From an uncultured Gemmatimonadales bacterium (lineage in GTDB: Bacteria > Gemmatimonadota > Gemmatimonadetes > Longimicrobiales > RSA9), in the NCBI GenBank assembly GCA_963798085.1, contig CAWCRS010000007.1, positions 544,001-608,000 on the forward strand: a stretch of DNA of 64,000 nucleotides. The letters are read 5' to 3'. Position 1 is the first letter of the stretch. Each line of letters starts with the position of its first letter. A program made the position numbers and the translations under genes. The notes beneath the pieces were generated by a model, which saw only the letters and a program-made list of their open reading frames with translations, had not been told where the DNA came from and did no database searches. Shown here piece by piece: positions 49,211 to 58,710 of this stretch.

Positions 49211-52200
49211 TCAATTCGTTGTTGAGCTTTCAACAACGGGATCGAGGACTGCGGCGGCGGCGGAACCCTGCAGCCTTGTCGCGCGCATGGCGGATTGCAG
49301 CTCGCCCACGCGCCGCTGCGCCGAGTCGCGCTGCGCGGCAAAGGGCAGCTCCGCGCGTTGCCACGCGCCGATAACGCGCTGATAGTGGGCCAGTGCACTG
49401 TCGCGCTGGCCGGCGGCATCGAAGGCGCGCGCCAGCAGCAGGTGTGCTTCCGTGAGCGTCAGGTGCAGGTTGGAGGCGTCGAGCACGGCGCCGCGCACGA
49501 TGGGGCGCACCGCGGCGATGGCATCGGCGGCGCGGTCGCGGCGCAGCAGCAGCCGGCCCAGCTCGTAGTTCGTGCGATTGCCGCCTGTGGTGCTCGAGTA
49601 GATGGCGCTCGTCAGCTCGGCAATGGCGGCTTCGTCCTGGCCGGCGCCCGCCAGGCCGAGCGCGCGGATGTGATGGTGCAGCCTGCGGTCGCGCTCCAGG
49701 TAGCTGAGCTGCGCCACCTGCTGGATGGTGTCGGCGAGCGCCGCCAGGCTGGCCGTCTCGCCGGCCTGCGCCAGCGCGCTGGCGCGCAGCATTTGCGCCC
49801 AGACCCGCCGGGCCGCGCGATTCGATGCCGGTTCGCCGGGCAGGTACCAGCGCGAGATGGAATCGAACAGCGCGGCGGCATTCTTCGAGCGCTGCATCTC
49901 GAGCAGCACCTGCGCCTCGACGAAGGCGCCCGGCGGCGCGCTGCCCGCCGGTCCGCCGGTCTCGGCAGCGGCGCGCCGGAAGCGGCGCGCGGCGGCGAGC
50001 GCTTCCGTGAGCCGGCCCTGATGGCGCAGGCTCATGACCTGGAAGAACCAGATCTGGCTCACCCGTGAGGCCGGGCTGGTTTCCAGTGCGTCCGATAACA
50101 GCCTGTCAGCCTTGTCGAATTCGCCGTCCCGCACGTAGTGGCGCACGCGCTCGCCCAGTCCGCCGTTCAGCTCGTCCACCGCGTCCGCGTTGCGCAGCGC
50201 CTCGGCGGCATCGTCGTACTCGCCGCGCAGATCCAGCACATCAGCCAGACGGCGCCAGGCGGAAGCGGCGCGCGGCTGCAGTACGAGTCCGCGGCGCGCG
50301 GTGCGCCGGGCCGCATCCATCGAGTCCGCGAACACCCACGCACTGACCAGCAGGTTCAGCGCATCACAGCCGCTGCAGCTGCTCTGCGCGTTCAGCAGCA
50401 CGACGGAATCCATGGCAATGGCGCGCTCCAGAAACGGCACCGCGCCCGCAAAATCACCCGCCACAATGCGTGCCGTCCCCGAGTAGACGTGGCCCACGAC
50501 CTCGTCCGGGTAGCGGATCGAGAGCGTGTCCGCAGTGGCGCGCAGGATGGGATCGTACGTCGTGCTCGCAAACCAGGCGCGTATGATGAGCCGCTCGCGC
50601 TCGCTGGTGCGCTCGGAAAGCCGCAGCGCGCGGTTGATGCGATCCTGGTAGGCGGCGTGACGGGGCAGCCGCCAGTCGGAGCCAATGGCGCGCGCACTCT
50701 GAAAGGCCGCCATGGCGAAAGTGGAATCCTCCGTCAGCGCTGCATCGAACAGACGCTGCGCGCCACTGCGGTCGTTCTCGTAGAGTCGCGCCAGTCCTTC
50801 GCTGTACAGACGGTAGGCGACGACGCTTCGCGTGGTCACGTCCGAGATCGAGCCGCGCGGCGGGGCCACGTCCAGCTGCGCCGCCAGCCTCGCCGTGCCG
50901 CTGTCCGCGAGCGCGAAGAGATCGCCGCCGGTGACCGTGCTCGAGCCGATCACGTTGCCCGACTTCAGATCAATGCGCCGCAGATCGAGGCGCAGACCAC
51001 TCGCCGCCGCGTACAGCGCGCCATCCACCATCTCGGTGGCGCCGGCCAGACGCGCTGCAGCGACAGGCGCGGTTGCCGAATCGACGTCCGACTTCACGTG
51101 GCGCAGCAGCTCACTCATGCGCGTGTTGCTGATCACGCGCAGCCCGCTGGTACGCGCCAGGTTGGTCACCAGCATTTCGGCCAGCGGACTGAACGGTTCC
51201 GGTTCCGCCGCCGAGCGGTAGTCGGCAATGCGGCCCACCGCGAGGACTGGCGCCATGCTCATGGACGAGAGCGACGTGACCATCGTGAGGTTCCGCGACC
51301 TCGCCGACCACAGCCCGAGCGCCGCGCCGCCCAGCGCCAGGCCCGACAGTCCGGTCACGAGACTGTGGCGATTGCGGCGCATGAAGGCGCGCACGCGGTA
51401 GGTGCGCGTGCCACCGCGCGCCAGCACCGGTCGGCCATCGAGATGGCGGCGCACATCCTCGGCCAGCTCTCCGGCCGTGTCGTAGCGCAGCCACGGCTCG
51501 CGCCGCATGCAGCGCAGCGCGATCGCGTCAATGTCGCCGCGCAGCCGCCGGCGCACGGTCTCCTCCACCGCCACACTCGATGGCGGCCGCGGCGTCGCCT
51601 CCAGAACGCGTCGCTCGATGGCAAACCCGTCCTCGCGTTCCTCGCCGAACGGCAGCCGCCCCGCCACCAGCTGGAACAGCACCACACCCAGCGACCACAC
51701 ATCGCTGGCCGGCGTCACGGTATCGCCGCGCACCTGCTCGGGGCTGGCGTAATCCGGTGTCAGGAGGCGCACACCGGTGCGCGTCAGGTTGCGCGCCGCC
51801 TCCGCGTCCGGCGCCACCAGTTTGGCAATGCCGAAATCGAGCAGCTTCACATCGCCTTCCGCCGTGACCAGCACGTTGCCCGGCTTGAGATCGCGGTGCA
51901 CGATCTGGTGGCGGTGCGCGTAACGCACGGCATCGCAGACGGCGAGGAAGAGGTTCAGCCGGCCGGGCACATCCACGGCGTGCTCACGGCAGTAGCGGTC
52001 GATGGGCACGCCGTCGACGTACTCCATCGCGAACCACGGCAGTCCGTCCGGCGTGAAGCCGCCGTCGAGAAGACGAGCGATGTTGGGGTGCTCGAGCGTC
52101 GCGAGGATGCGGCGCTCCTCGAGAAAGCGCTGCACGATCTCGTTGTCCAGGTGCAGGCCACGACGCACCAGTTTGAGTGCGACGCGCTGCTCGAAGTCGT

Positions 52201-52543
52201 CGACCCGCTCCGCCAGATACACGGACCCCATGCCGCCGCGGCCGATTTCACGCACGATGCGATAGTGCTCGATGACTGCGGGCGTCCCGGCGGGAAGTGG
52301 CGCGGGGTTCGGACTCAGCTCTCCCGCAACACGAGCGACCGGCTCGTGCAGGAACGCTTCCGAGCGCTCGATCGCGCCCAGCATGCGCTGTACTTCGGCA
52401 AACAACTCCGGATCATCGGCGGCGCGGGCGAGGAATGCCGCACGCTGCGCCGGTTCCAGCTCGAGGGCTTCGTCGAGCAGCGCCTCGACGCGACGCCAGC
52501 GCTCCTGGTCCGGAGCGTTCTCCGCGGCGTCGTCGGCGCGCAT
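49211..52543 (-). CDS. Membrane Ser/Thr protein kinase with C-terminal TolB/CsgG-like and TPR regions
   Basis: GRGGMG, VALK, HRDLKPGN, DFG, TPDYASPE, DVWSLG; TM near SLVTGLSGLALGG; TGATG overlap with the ECF gene. Confidence 0.92.
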   Translation of the reverse strand: MRADDAAENAPDQERWRRVEALLDEALELEPAQRAAFLARAADDPELFAEVQRMLGAIERSEAFLHEPVARVAGELSPNPAPLPAGTPAVIEHYRIVREIGRGGMGSVYLAERVDDFEQRVALKLVRRGLHLDNEIVQRFLEERRILATLEHPNIARLLDGGFTPDGLPWFAMEYVDGVPIDRYCREHAVDVPGRLNLFLAVCDAVRYAHRHQIVHRDLKPGNVLVTAEGDVKLLDFGIAKLVAPDAEAARNLTRTGVRLLTPDYASPEQVRGDTVTPASDVWSLGVVLFQLVAGRLPFGEEREDGFAIERRVLEATPRPPSSVAVEETVRRRLRGDIDAIALRCMRREPWLRYDTAGELAEDVRRHLDGRPVLARGGTRTYRVRAFMRRNRHSLVTGLSGLALGGAALGLWSARSRNLTMVTSLSSMSMAPVLAVGRIADYRSAAEPEPFSPLAEMLVTNLARTSGLRVISNTRMSELLRHVKSDVDSATAPVAAARLAGATEMVDGALYAAASGLRLDLRRIDLKSGNVIGSSTVTGGDLFALADSGTARLAAQLDVAPPRGSISDVTTRSVVAYRLYSEGLARLYENDRSGAQRLFDAALTEDSTFAMAAFQSARAIGSDWRLPRHAAYQDRINRALRLSERTSERERLIIRAWFASTTYDPILRATADTLSIRYPDEVVGHVYSGTARIVAGDFAGAVPFLERAIAMDSVVLLNAQSSCSGCDALNLLVSAWVFADSMDAARRTARRGLVLQPRAASAWRRLADVLDLRGEYDDAAEALRNADAVDELNGGLGERVRHYVRDGEFDKADRLLSDALETSPASRVSQIWFFQVMSLRHQGRLTEALAAARRFRRAAAETGGPAGSAPPGAFVEAQVLLEMQRSKNAAALFDSISRWYLPGEPASNRAARRVWAQMLRASALAQAGETASLAALADTIQQVAQLSYLERDRRLHHHIRALGLAGAGQDEAAIAELTSAIYSSTTGGNRTNYELGRLLLRRDRAADAIAAVRPIVRGAVLDASNLHLTLTEAHLLLARAFDAAGQRDSALAHYQRVIGAWQRAELPFAAQRDSAQRRVGELQSAMRATRLQGSAAAAVLDPVVESSTTN

Positions 52544-53118
52544 CAGCCAGGGCTGCCCAGTGCCTCGAAGAGCCAGCCCCTCGCCTTGAGCCAGTCCCGC
52601 TGAACGGTCCGCTCCGTGACGCCCAGGGCGAGCGCCGTCTCCGCGTCCGTGAGCCCGCCGAAGAACCGGCACTCGACCACGCGTGCCAGCCGCTCGTTCA
52701 TCCTGGCAAGACCATCCAGCGCCGCATCCAGATCGATCAGGCGGTCCGGATCCGACTCGATCGCGAACATCGCGTCATCCAGCTCGACGGGAACGGCGCC
52801 GCCGCCTCGCCGGGCAGCCCGGTGCTTGCGCGCGTAGTCCACGAGGATTCGGCGCATGGCGCGGGAGGCCATGGCGAGGAAGTGAGCGCGGTCCCGCCAT
52901 TCGACGCGGTTGATGTCGACCAGGCGCACGTAGGCCTCGTGCACCAGCGCGGTCGCGCCCAGCGTGTGCCCGTCGGGCTCGCGTCGCAGCTGCCGGAGCG
53001 CCATCCCGCGCAGGTCCTGGTAGACGAGCGGGAACAGCCGGTCGAATGCATCGCGGTCCCCCCCACGACAGTTCAGGAGGAGCTCGGTAACGCGTTCCTG
53101 GCCCTGCATGGCGCCCAT
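52543..53118 (-). CDS. ECF sigma factor (TIGR02999-type, kinase-associated)
   Basis: VTELL..AFDRLFPLVYQDLR..HTLGATALVHEAY..MRRILVDYAR..VECRFFGGL..TVQRDWLKARGWL; GGAG RBS. Confidence 0.92.
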   Translation of the reverse strand: MGAMQGQERVTELLLNCRGGDRDAFDRLFPLVYQDLRGMALRQLRREPDGHTLGATALVHEAYVRLVDINRVEWRDRAHFLAMASRAMRRILVDYARKHRAARRGGGAVPVELDDAMFAIESDPDRLIDLDAALDGLARMNERLARVVECRFFGGLTDAETALALGVTERTVQRDWLKARGWLFEALGSPG

Positions 53119-53198
53119 GTCTGTCTCCAGGGGATCCCCCGACAGCGGCAGCGACAAGATACACGCGGCCCGGCGACGGGAAAATATGTCCGGTTGGC

Positions 53199-54354
53199 TC
53201 AGGTGCAGTAGCCGACCACCGTGCCCGCCAGGATGCGCGCCAGACGATGCACGGACTCGAGGTCCACCCATTCGACAGTCGGCGTGCGCTCCTTCGCCGT
53301 GCGGCCCCAGCACCACCGTGTCGACGCCGGCCGCGGCCAGCAGGGCCGAGTCCATCCAGGGCGTCTCGCCCACGAACTCGGGCGCGTGCCCCAGCTCCGA
53401 CTCGACCTGGCTCGCGACCGCCGACACCAGCGGCGAACCCGGCCTGGCCTCGAACGGCGGCTGCGCCAGCAGCGTCGCGAGCGTGGCGTGAAATGTGTCG
53501 TCTTCCATGTGCAGTGCATCCAGGATGCTCTGCACCTGCTGCACGACTTCGGCTTCCCGCTCGGGCGGTATCGTGCGCCGCTCCAGACCCAGTCGGCATT
53601 CCGCGGCGTACGTGCTCAGGCCGGTGCCGCCCTGCAGCAGCGCCGCGTGCAGCGACGCGTGGCCCAGCAGCGGGTGTGCGGTGCGCGCGCGCAGCTCGCG
53701 GCCCAGCCCCTCGAGTCGCACGAGGACGCGCCCCATGCGCGTGTTCGCATCAATGCCCAGATCGGGGCGGCTGCCGTGCGCGGCACGACCCTGTGTTGTG
53801 ACTTCCATCCACACGAAACCCTTGTGCGCGAGGCAGACCCGCAGCGATGTCGGCTCGGTGACAATCGCGCCATCGACGCGGTAGCGACCCACGAGGTCGC
53901 GGGTGCCGAGACTGGAATGCTCCTCGTCGGCGACGGCCGCAATGAGCACATCGCCGGCTGGTCGCGTGCCCGCGCGCAGCAGCGCTTCCACCGCTCCCAT
54001 GCACGCGGCCAGGCTGCCCTTCATGTCGTATGCGCCGCGGCCGTAGAGCCGGCCATCGCGCACATCCGCCGCGAACGGCGACTGCATACCCTCGACACCC
54101 ACCGTGTCGTAGTGCGCGTTGAGCATGAGCGAGCGCCCGCTGCCCTGACCGCGCAGCCGGCCCACCACGCTGACGCGACCCGGCGAGGGCTCGTGACGGC
54201 TGACCTCGAGACCGAGTCGCGACAGCGTCTCCGCCACGTACGCGCCGATCTCCGCCTCACCGGCACCGTGTGGATCGAGTGAAGGATTTGTGGAATTGAT
54301 GCGCACGAGGCTGCGCAGCACATCCGTGATCCAGTCCGGGTCCGTGCGGATCAT
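53199..54354 (-). CDS. ArgE/DapE family deacylase (M20); one apparent +1 frameshift near 53277
   Basis: NAHYDTV, GRGAYDMKG, ADEEH, TEPT, WMDSAL, GAHA; corrected C-terminus VEWVDLESV...GYCT*. Confidence 0.88.
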
Positions 54355-54636
54355 GCTCTCTCGAAGTTCGAGTTGCTGCCGCAGCCAACGCGGCGAGCCG
54401 CTCGTGCGTCTCTGCATGGAGGGCGAGATTTACGGCGGCGCACCATTGTCTGCTGCCCGCGTGCGGCTGTCCAGCACGATGGGCTGCGGAAGTGCGCGCC
54501 GCCGTTGCGTTCCGGCACAGTGGATGGACGTCCCGCGGCACACGCGGGTACACCGGCCCCCACGGGTAGGAACCTCGTCCGTGACGTGTTAGTATTCCGG
54601 GTCAGCACCTGCCCCCAGACCGAAAGGAGCGCCGGC

Positions 54637-55419
54637 GTGCGCCCCGCGAGGACGAACCGCGCTGCCACAGTCTCCATCGGCGTGCTCGCCCTGGTCAGCG
54701 CGGCCGCGGCTGGCGCGCCCCCCGATCGCGCGCAGCGCAACGCGGACCGTGCTCAGCCGTACCATTCGTTCTACTTCTCGCGCGGCATCTACTCGGGCTG
54801 GTCGCGCTGGGGCCGGCGAGGCAACAGCTGGCAGACGGACGGACCCAAGTCTGACCGGCAGTTCCTCGTGGTACTGCGCCGGCTCACCAACATGGATGCG
54901 TATCCGATGGAGCACAACATCGCGCTGGATGATCCCGCGCTGCGTCGCTACCCCTTCCTCTACATCCTCGAGGTGGGATACATGGCAATGACACCCGAGG
55001 AGATGCAGGGACTGCGTGACTACGTCGAACACGGCGGCTTCGTGATGGTCGATGATTTCTGGGGCACCGCCGAGTGGGCCAACTTCGAGGAGCAGATGCA
55101 GCAGGTCTTCCCCGAATACGCTATCGTCGAGCTGCCGCGCGATCATCCGATCTTCAACAGCTTCTACGAGATGCACGAGATCCTGCAGGTGCCCAACGTC
55201 AACAACGCGCGCCGCGGCATCACGTGGGAGCGCGATGGCTTCGTGCCGCACGTGCGCGGCATCTTCGACGCCAATGGCCGGCTCATCATGGCCATCAACT
55301 GGAACATGGACATGGGTGATGCCTGGGAGTGGGCGGAACAGCCCGATTATCCCGTGAAGTACTCGAACTACGCCTTCCAGATGGGCGTGAATACGATCAT
55401 CTACGCCATGAGTCATTAG
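54637..55419 (+). CDS. DUF4159 domain protein (secreted)
   Basis: WQTD.P.SD, YPFLY, LRDYVEHGGFVMVDDFWG, HPIFNSFY, DMGDAWE, MGVN..YAMSH; GTG after AAGGAG. Confidence 0.85.
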   Translation: MRPARTNRAATVSIGVLALVSAAAAGAPPDRAQRNADRAQPYHSFYFSRGIYSGWSRWGRRGNSWQTDGPKSDRQFLVVLRRLTNMDAYPMEHNIALDDPALRRYPFLYILEVGYMAMTPEEMQGLRDYVEHGGFVMVDDFWGTAEWANFEEQMQQVFPEYAIVELPRDHPIFNSFYEMHEILQVPNVNNARRGITWERDGFVPHVRGIFDANGRLIMAINWNMDMGDAWEWAEQPDYPVKYSNYAFQMGVNTIIYAMSH

Positions 55420-55422
55420 AAC

Positions 55423-57706
55423 GTGCTGTCGCGCATCTTCGAGTTCCTGTTCAAGTACCGCCCGCTGTTCTTCCGTGAGGGCCGTCTCACGTTCGAAGCG
55501 CCCGTCGCGCTGGGCACGCTCAGCGCCGTCGTGCTCGTGGTGGCGTTCATTGCCGTGTGGACGTACCGCGGCGTGGGCGGCAAGGCCACACGCCGCGACC
55601 GCATCGTGCTTTCCACGCTGCGCGTCGTCCTGTTCGCGCTGCTGGGCTTCGCACTCCTGCGGCCCACGCTGCTCGTGTCCAATGTCGTGCCGCAGCAGAA
55701 CTACGTGGGCGTACTGATCGATGACTCGCGCAGCATGCGCATCACCGATGGAGGCGACGCACCTCGTTCCGCGTTCGTCGCCCAGACGTTCGGTCCGCAG
55801 AGCCAGCTCATTGCCCAGCTGGAGAGCAGGTTCCGACTGCGCTTCTTCCGCTTCTCCATGGATGCGGAGCGCGCGGGCGACCCCGCCGCACTCGATTACT
55901 CCGGTGTGCGCACGCGCATTGCCCCGGCGCTGGACCGGGCCCGCGAGGAGCTGGCGCCCGTGCCCCTCTCGGGCCTCGTGCTGATCACGGATGGCGCGGA
56001 CAACTCCTCGTCCACGCTCACCGAATCGCTGCTCGCGCTCAAGGCCGCGCAGGTGCCCGTGTACACTATAGGTCTGGGCCGCGAGCGCTACGAGCACGAC
56101 ATCGAACTCAGCGCGTGTCTCGACACCGCGCTCCGTGCTGAAGGGCGCTTCACTCATGGTCGACCTGCTGGTCACGCAGAGCGGCTACGCCGGCCAGACC
56201 GTGCAGGTGCAGGTGGAGGACGAGGGGCGCATCGTCGGCTCCCAGGATGTGAAGCTGGCCGCGGACGGCGAGCCGCTGCCCGTGCGCGTCAAGTTCACGG
56301 CCAACAATGCCGGTCCGCGCAGGTTCACGTTCCGCGTGCCCGCACAGAACGGTGAGCTGGTGCTCGAGAACAACCAGCAGTCGGCGCTGATCGATGTGCA
56401 GGATGGTAAACGCAAGATTCTCTATTACGAAGGCGAGCCGCGCTGGGAAATGACGTTCATGCGCCGCGCGCTGGAGAAGGATGAGAACGTTCAACTGGTC
56501 GTGCTGCTGCGCTCCGCGGAGAACAAGTACTGGCGAGGCCAGGTGGACAGCGCCGCCGAGCTGCTGCACGGATTCCCGCGCCTCGCGCGAAGAACTGTTC
56601 AAGTATCAGGGCCTGGTGCTCGGGCACCGTGGAAGCCAGCGCGTTCACGCACGATCAGCTGCGCATGATCGCGGACTTCGTGGGCGAGCGCGGCGGCGGT
56701 CTGCTGGCGCTGGGCGGGCGCCACTCCTTCGCGGAGGGCGGCTGGGTGGGCACACCCGTGGCCGACGTGCTGCCCGTCGAGATGGATGTGTCCGGCGGCA
56801 TCGACACGACGTACTTCGACTCGCTCAGGGTCGAGCCCACGCGCGCCGGCCTGGTGCACCCCGCCACGCAGATCGCGCCCACCGAGAAGGCATCGATCGC
56901 GCGCTGGGACAGCATGCCGCGCGTCACCACCATGAACCGGCTCGGTGAGCTGAAGCCGGGCGCCACCGCACTGCTCACCGGCAAGGGCGCCACGGTCCCC
57001 GCCGGCGAGCCGGTCCTCGCCTTCCAGCGCTACGGGAGAGGCCTGGCGATTTCACTGGGCGTGCAGGATACGTGGCTCTGGCAGATGATCCCGCCGACGG
57101 AAGACATGACCCACGAGATGTTCTGGGGCCAGCTGCTGCGCTGGCTGGTGAATGCGACGCCCGACCAGCTCACCATCACGCTGGGTACCGACCACGCTTC
57201 GCCCGGCGAGACCGTGCCCATCGTCGCCGAGGTCGATGACGAGAGCTACCTGCGCGTCAATAACGCGCGTGTTATCGCACACGTAACCTCGCCTTCCGGC
57301 GGGGCGGTCGAATGTGCCGCTGGAGTGGACCATCGAGCGTGACGGCGAGTACCACGGCGCCTTCACACCCAAGGAGGACGGGCTCTACCGCATCGACGTC
57401 GAGGCGAGGCATGACACGGTCTCGCTGAAGGGCAAGCCGGCCTTCATCGAATCGGCGCAGAGCCGCGCGGAGTTCTTCGGCTCGCAGCTCAACGCCACGC
57501 TGCTGAAGCGCATCGCGGATGAGACGGGCGGGCACTACTACACGCCCGCCACCGTGAAGACGCTGCCCGAAGATCTCTCGGTCACTGGCAAGGGCTCGAC
57601 GGTGCTCGAGGAGAAGGAGCTGTGGGACATGCCGATCCTGCTGCTCCTGATGCTCACGGCCGTGGCCGCGGAATGGCTCTACCGCCGGCGCAAGGGTCTC
57701 GCCTGA
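55423..57706 (+). CDS. Membrane protein with vWA (MIDAS), Ig-like and GATase-like domains; four apparent +1 frameshifts (about 56113, 56579, 56624, 57313)
   Basis: N-terminal TMs, IDDSRSM and LITDG MIDAS residues, ENN, EGEPRWE, RGGGLLALGG, YGRG, C-terminal TM with EWLYRRRKGLA; pieces in ORFs 55423, 56135, 56481, 56629, 57314. Confidence 0.82.
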
Positions 57707-58710
57707 TGCGACGCCTCTCGCTCGCCGCCCTCGTGCTCGCCCTCCCGCTCACGCCGCTGCGTGCACAGGAAACAGCGACGCACGTCATCATCGTGAGCGG
57801 CATTGGTGGCGAGCCGCAGTACCAGACCGAGTTTCTGGCGTGGGGTCTGAGCATGGCGAAGGCCGCGGTCGAGCGCTGGGGCGTGCCGAAGTCCGACGTG
57901 ACATTCCTGGCGGAGCAGCCGGAAGCCGCGCCCGGCTACGTCACGGGCAGGTCGACGAAGGAGAATGTCGAGCAGGCGTTCACGCAGGTGGCCGCGAACG
58001 CGGGGCCCAACGATCTCGTGTTCGTGCTGCTCATCGGGCATGGCAGCTTCCTCAATGGCACGGCGCGCATCAACCTGCCGGGACCCGATCTCGCGGCCGC
58101 CGATTTCGCGCAGCTGGTCGACAAGCTGGGCTCGCGCCGCGTGGTGCTCGTCAACACGGCCAGCTCGAGCGGCGAGTTCCTCAAGGCCATCAGCGGACCG
58201 AACCGCATTGTCATCACCTCCACCAAGTCCGGCATGGAGCGCAATGAGTCGCGCTTCGCGCGCTACTTCGTGCAGGCCTTCGCCGAGGACGGCGCGGACA
58301 CCGACAAGGATGGCGCGGTCTCCATGCTGGAAGCATTCCAGTTCGCACGCCGCGAGGTACAGCGTTCCTATGAGGCACAGCAGGCGCTGCTCACCGAACA
58401 CGCTGTTTTCGATGACAACGGTGATGGCAGGGGCAGCGTCGATGCCGCTGCCGGCGGAGATGGCGCGACGGCCCGGCTGACGTTCCTCGGGCGAGGTGCG
58501 GTAGTGGCCGGCGCCGAGGCGCCGGAAGGTGCGAGCCCGCAGCTGCGCGCGCTCTACGAGCAGAAACGCGATCTCGAGCATCGCATCGATGCGCTCAAGG
58601 CCGCCAAGGCGACCATGGACCCCGATGCGTACCAGAAGCAGCTGGAGGATCTGCTGCTCGATCTGGCGCAGAAGAGCGAAGAGATCCGCAAGCTCGAGGG
58701 CAAGTCATGA
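57706..58710 (+). CDS. Secreted protein with caspase/legumain (C13)-like fold, EF-hand-like loops and C-terminal coiled coil
   Basis: VFVLLIGHGS and VVLVNTASSSGEF in clan CD spacing; DTDKDGAVSMLE, DDNGDG; TGATG coupling. Confidence 0.7.
   Translation: MRRLSLAALVLALPLTPLRAQETATHVIIVSGIGGEPQYQTEFLAWGLSMAKAAVERWGVPKSDVTFLAEQPEAAPGYVTGRSTKENVEQAFTQVAANAGPNDLVFVLLIGHGSFLNGTARINLPGPDLAAADFAQLVDKLGSRRVVLVNTASSSGEFLKAISGPNRIVITSTKSGMERNESRFARYFVQAFAEDGADTDKDGAVSMLEAFQFARREVQRSYEAQQALLTEHAVFDDNGDGRGSVDAAAGGDGATARLTFLGRGAVVAGAEAPEGASPQLRALYEQKRDLEHRIDALKAAKATMDPDAYQKQLEDLLLDLAQKSEEIRKLEGKS

Noticed and set aside
52543..54417. Apparent 624-aa deacylase-ECF sigma fusion in the ORF track
   Set aside because: One extra base near 53277 diverts the deacylase from its normal C-terminus (VEWVDLESV...* at 53199); the ECF has its own RBS and ATG at 53118
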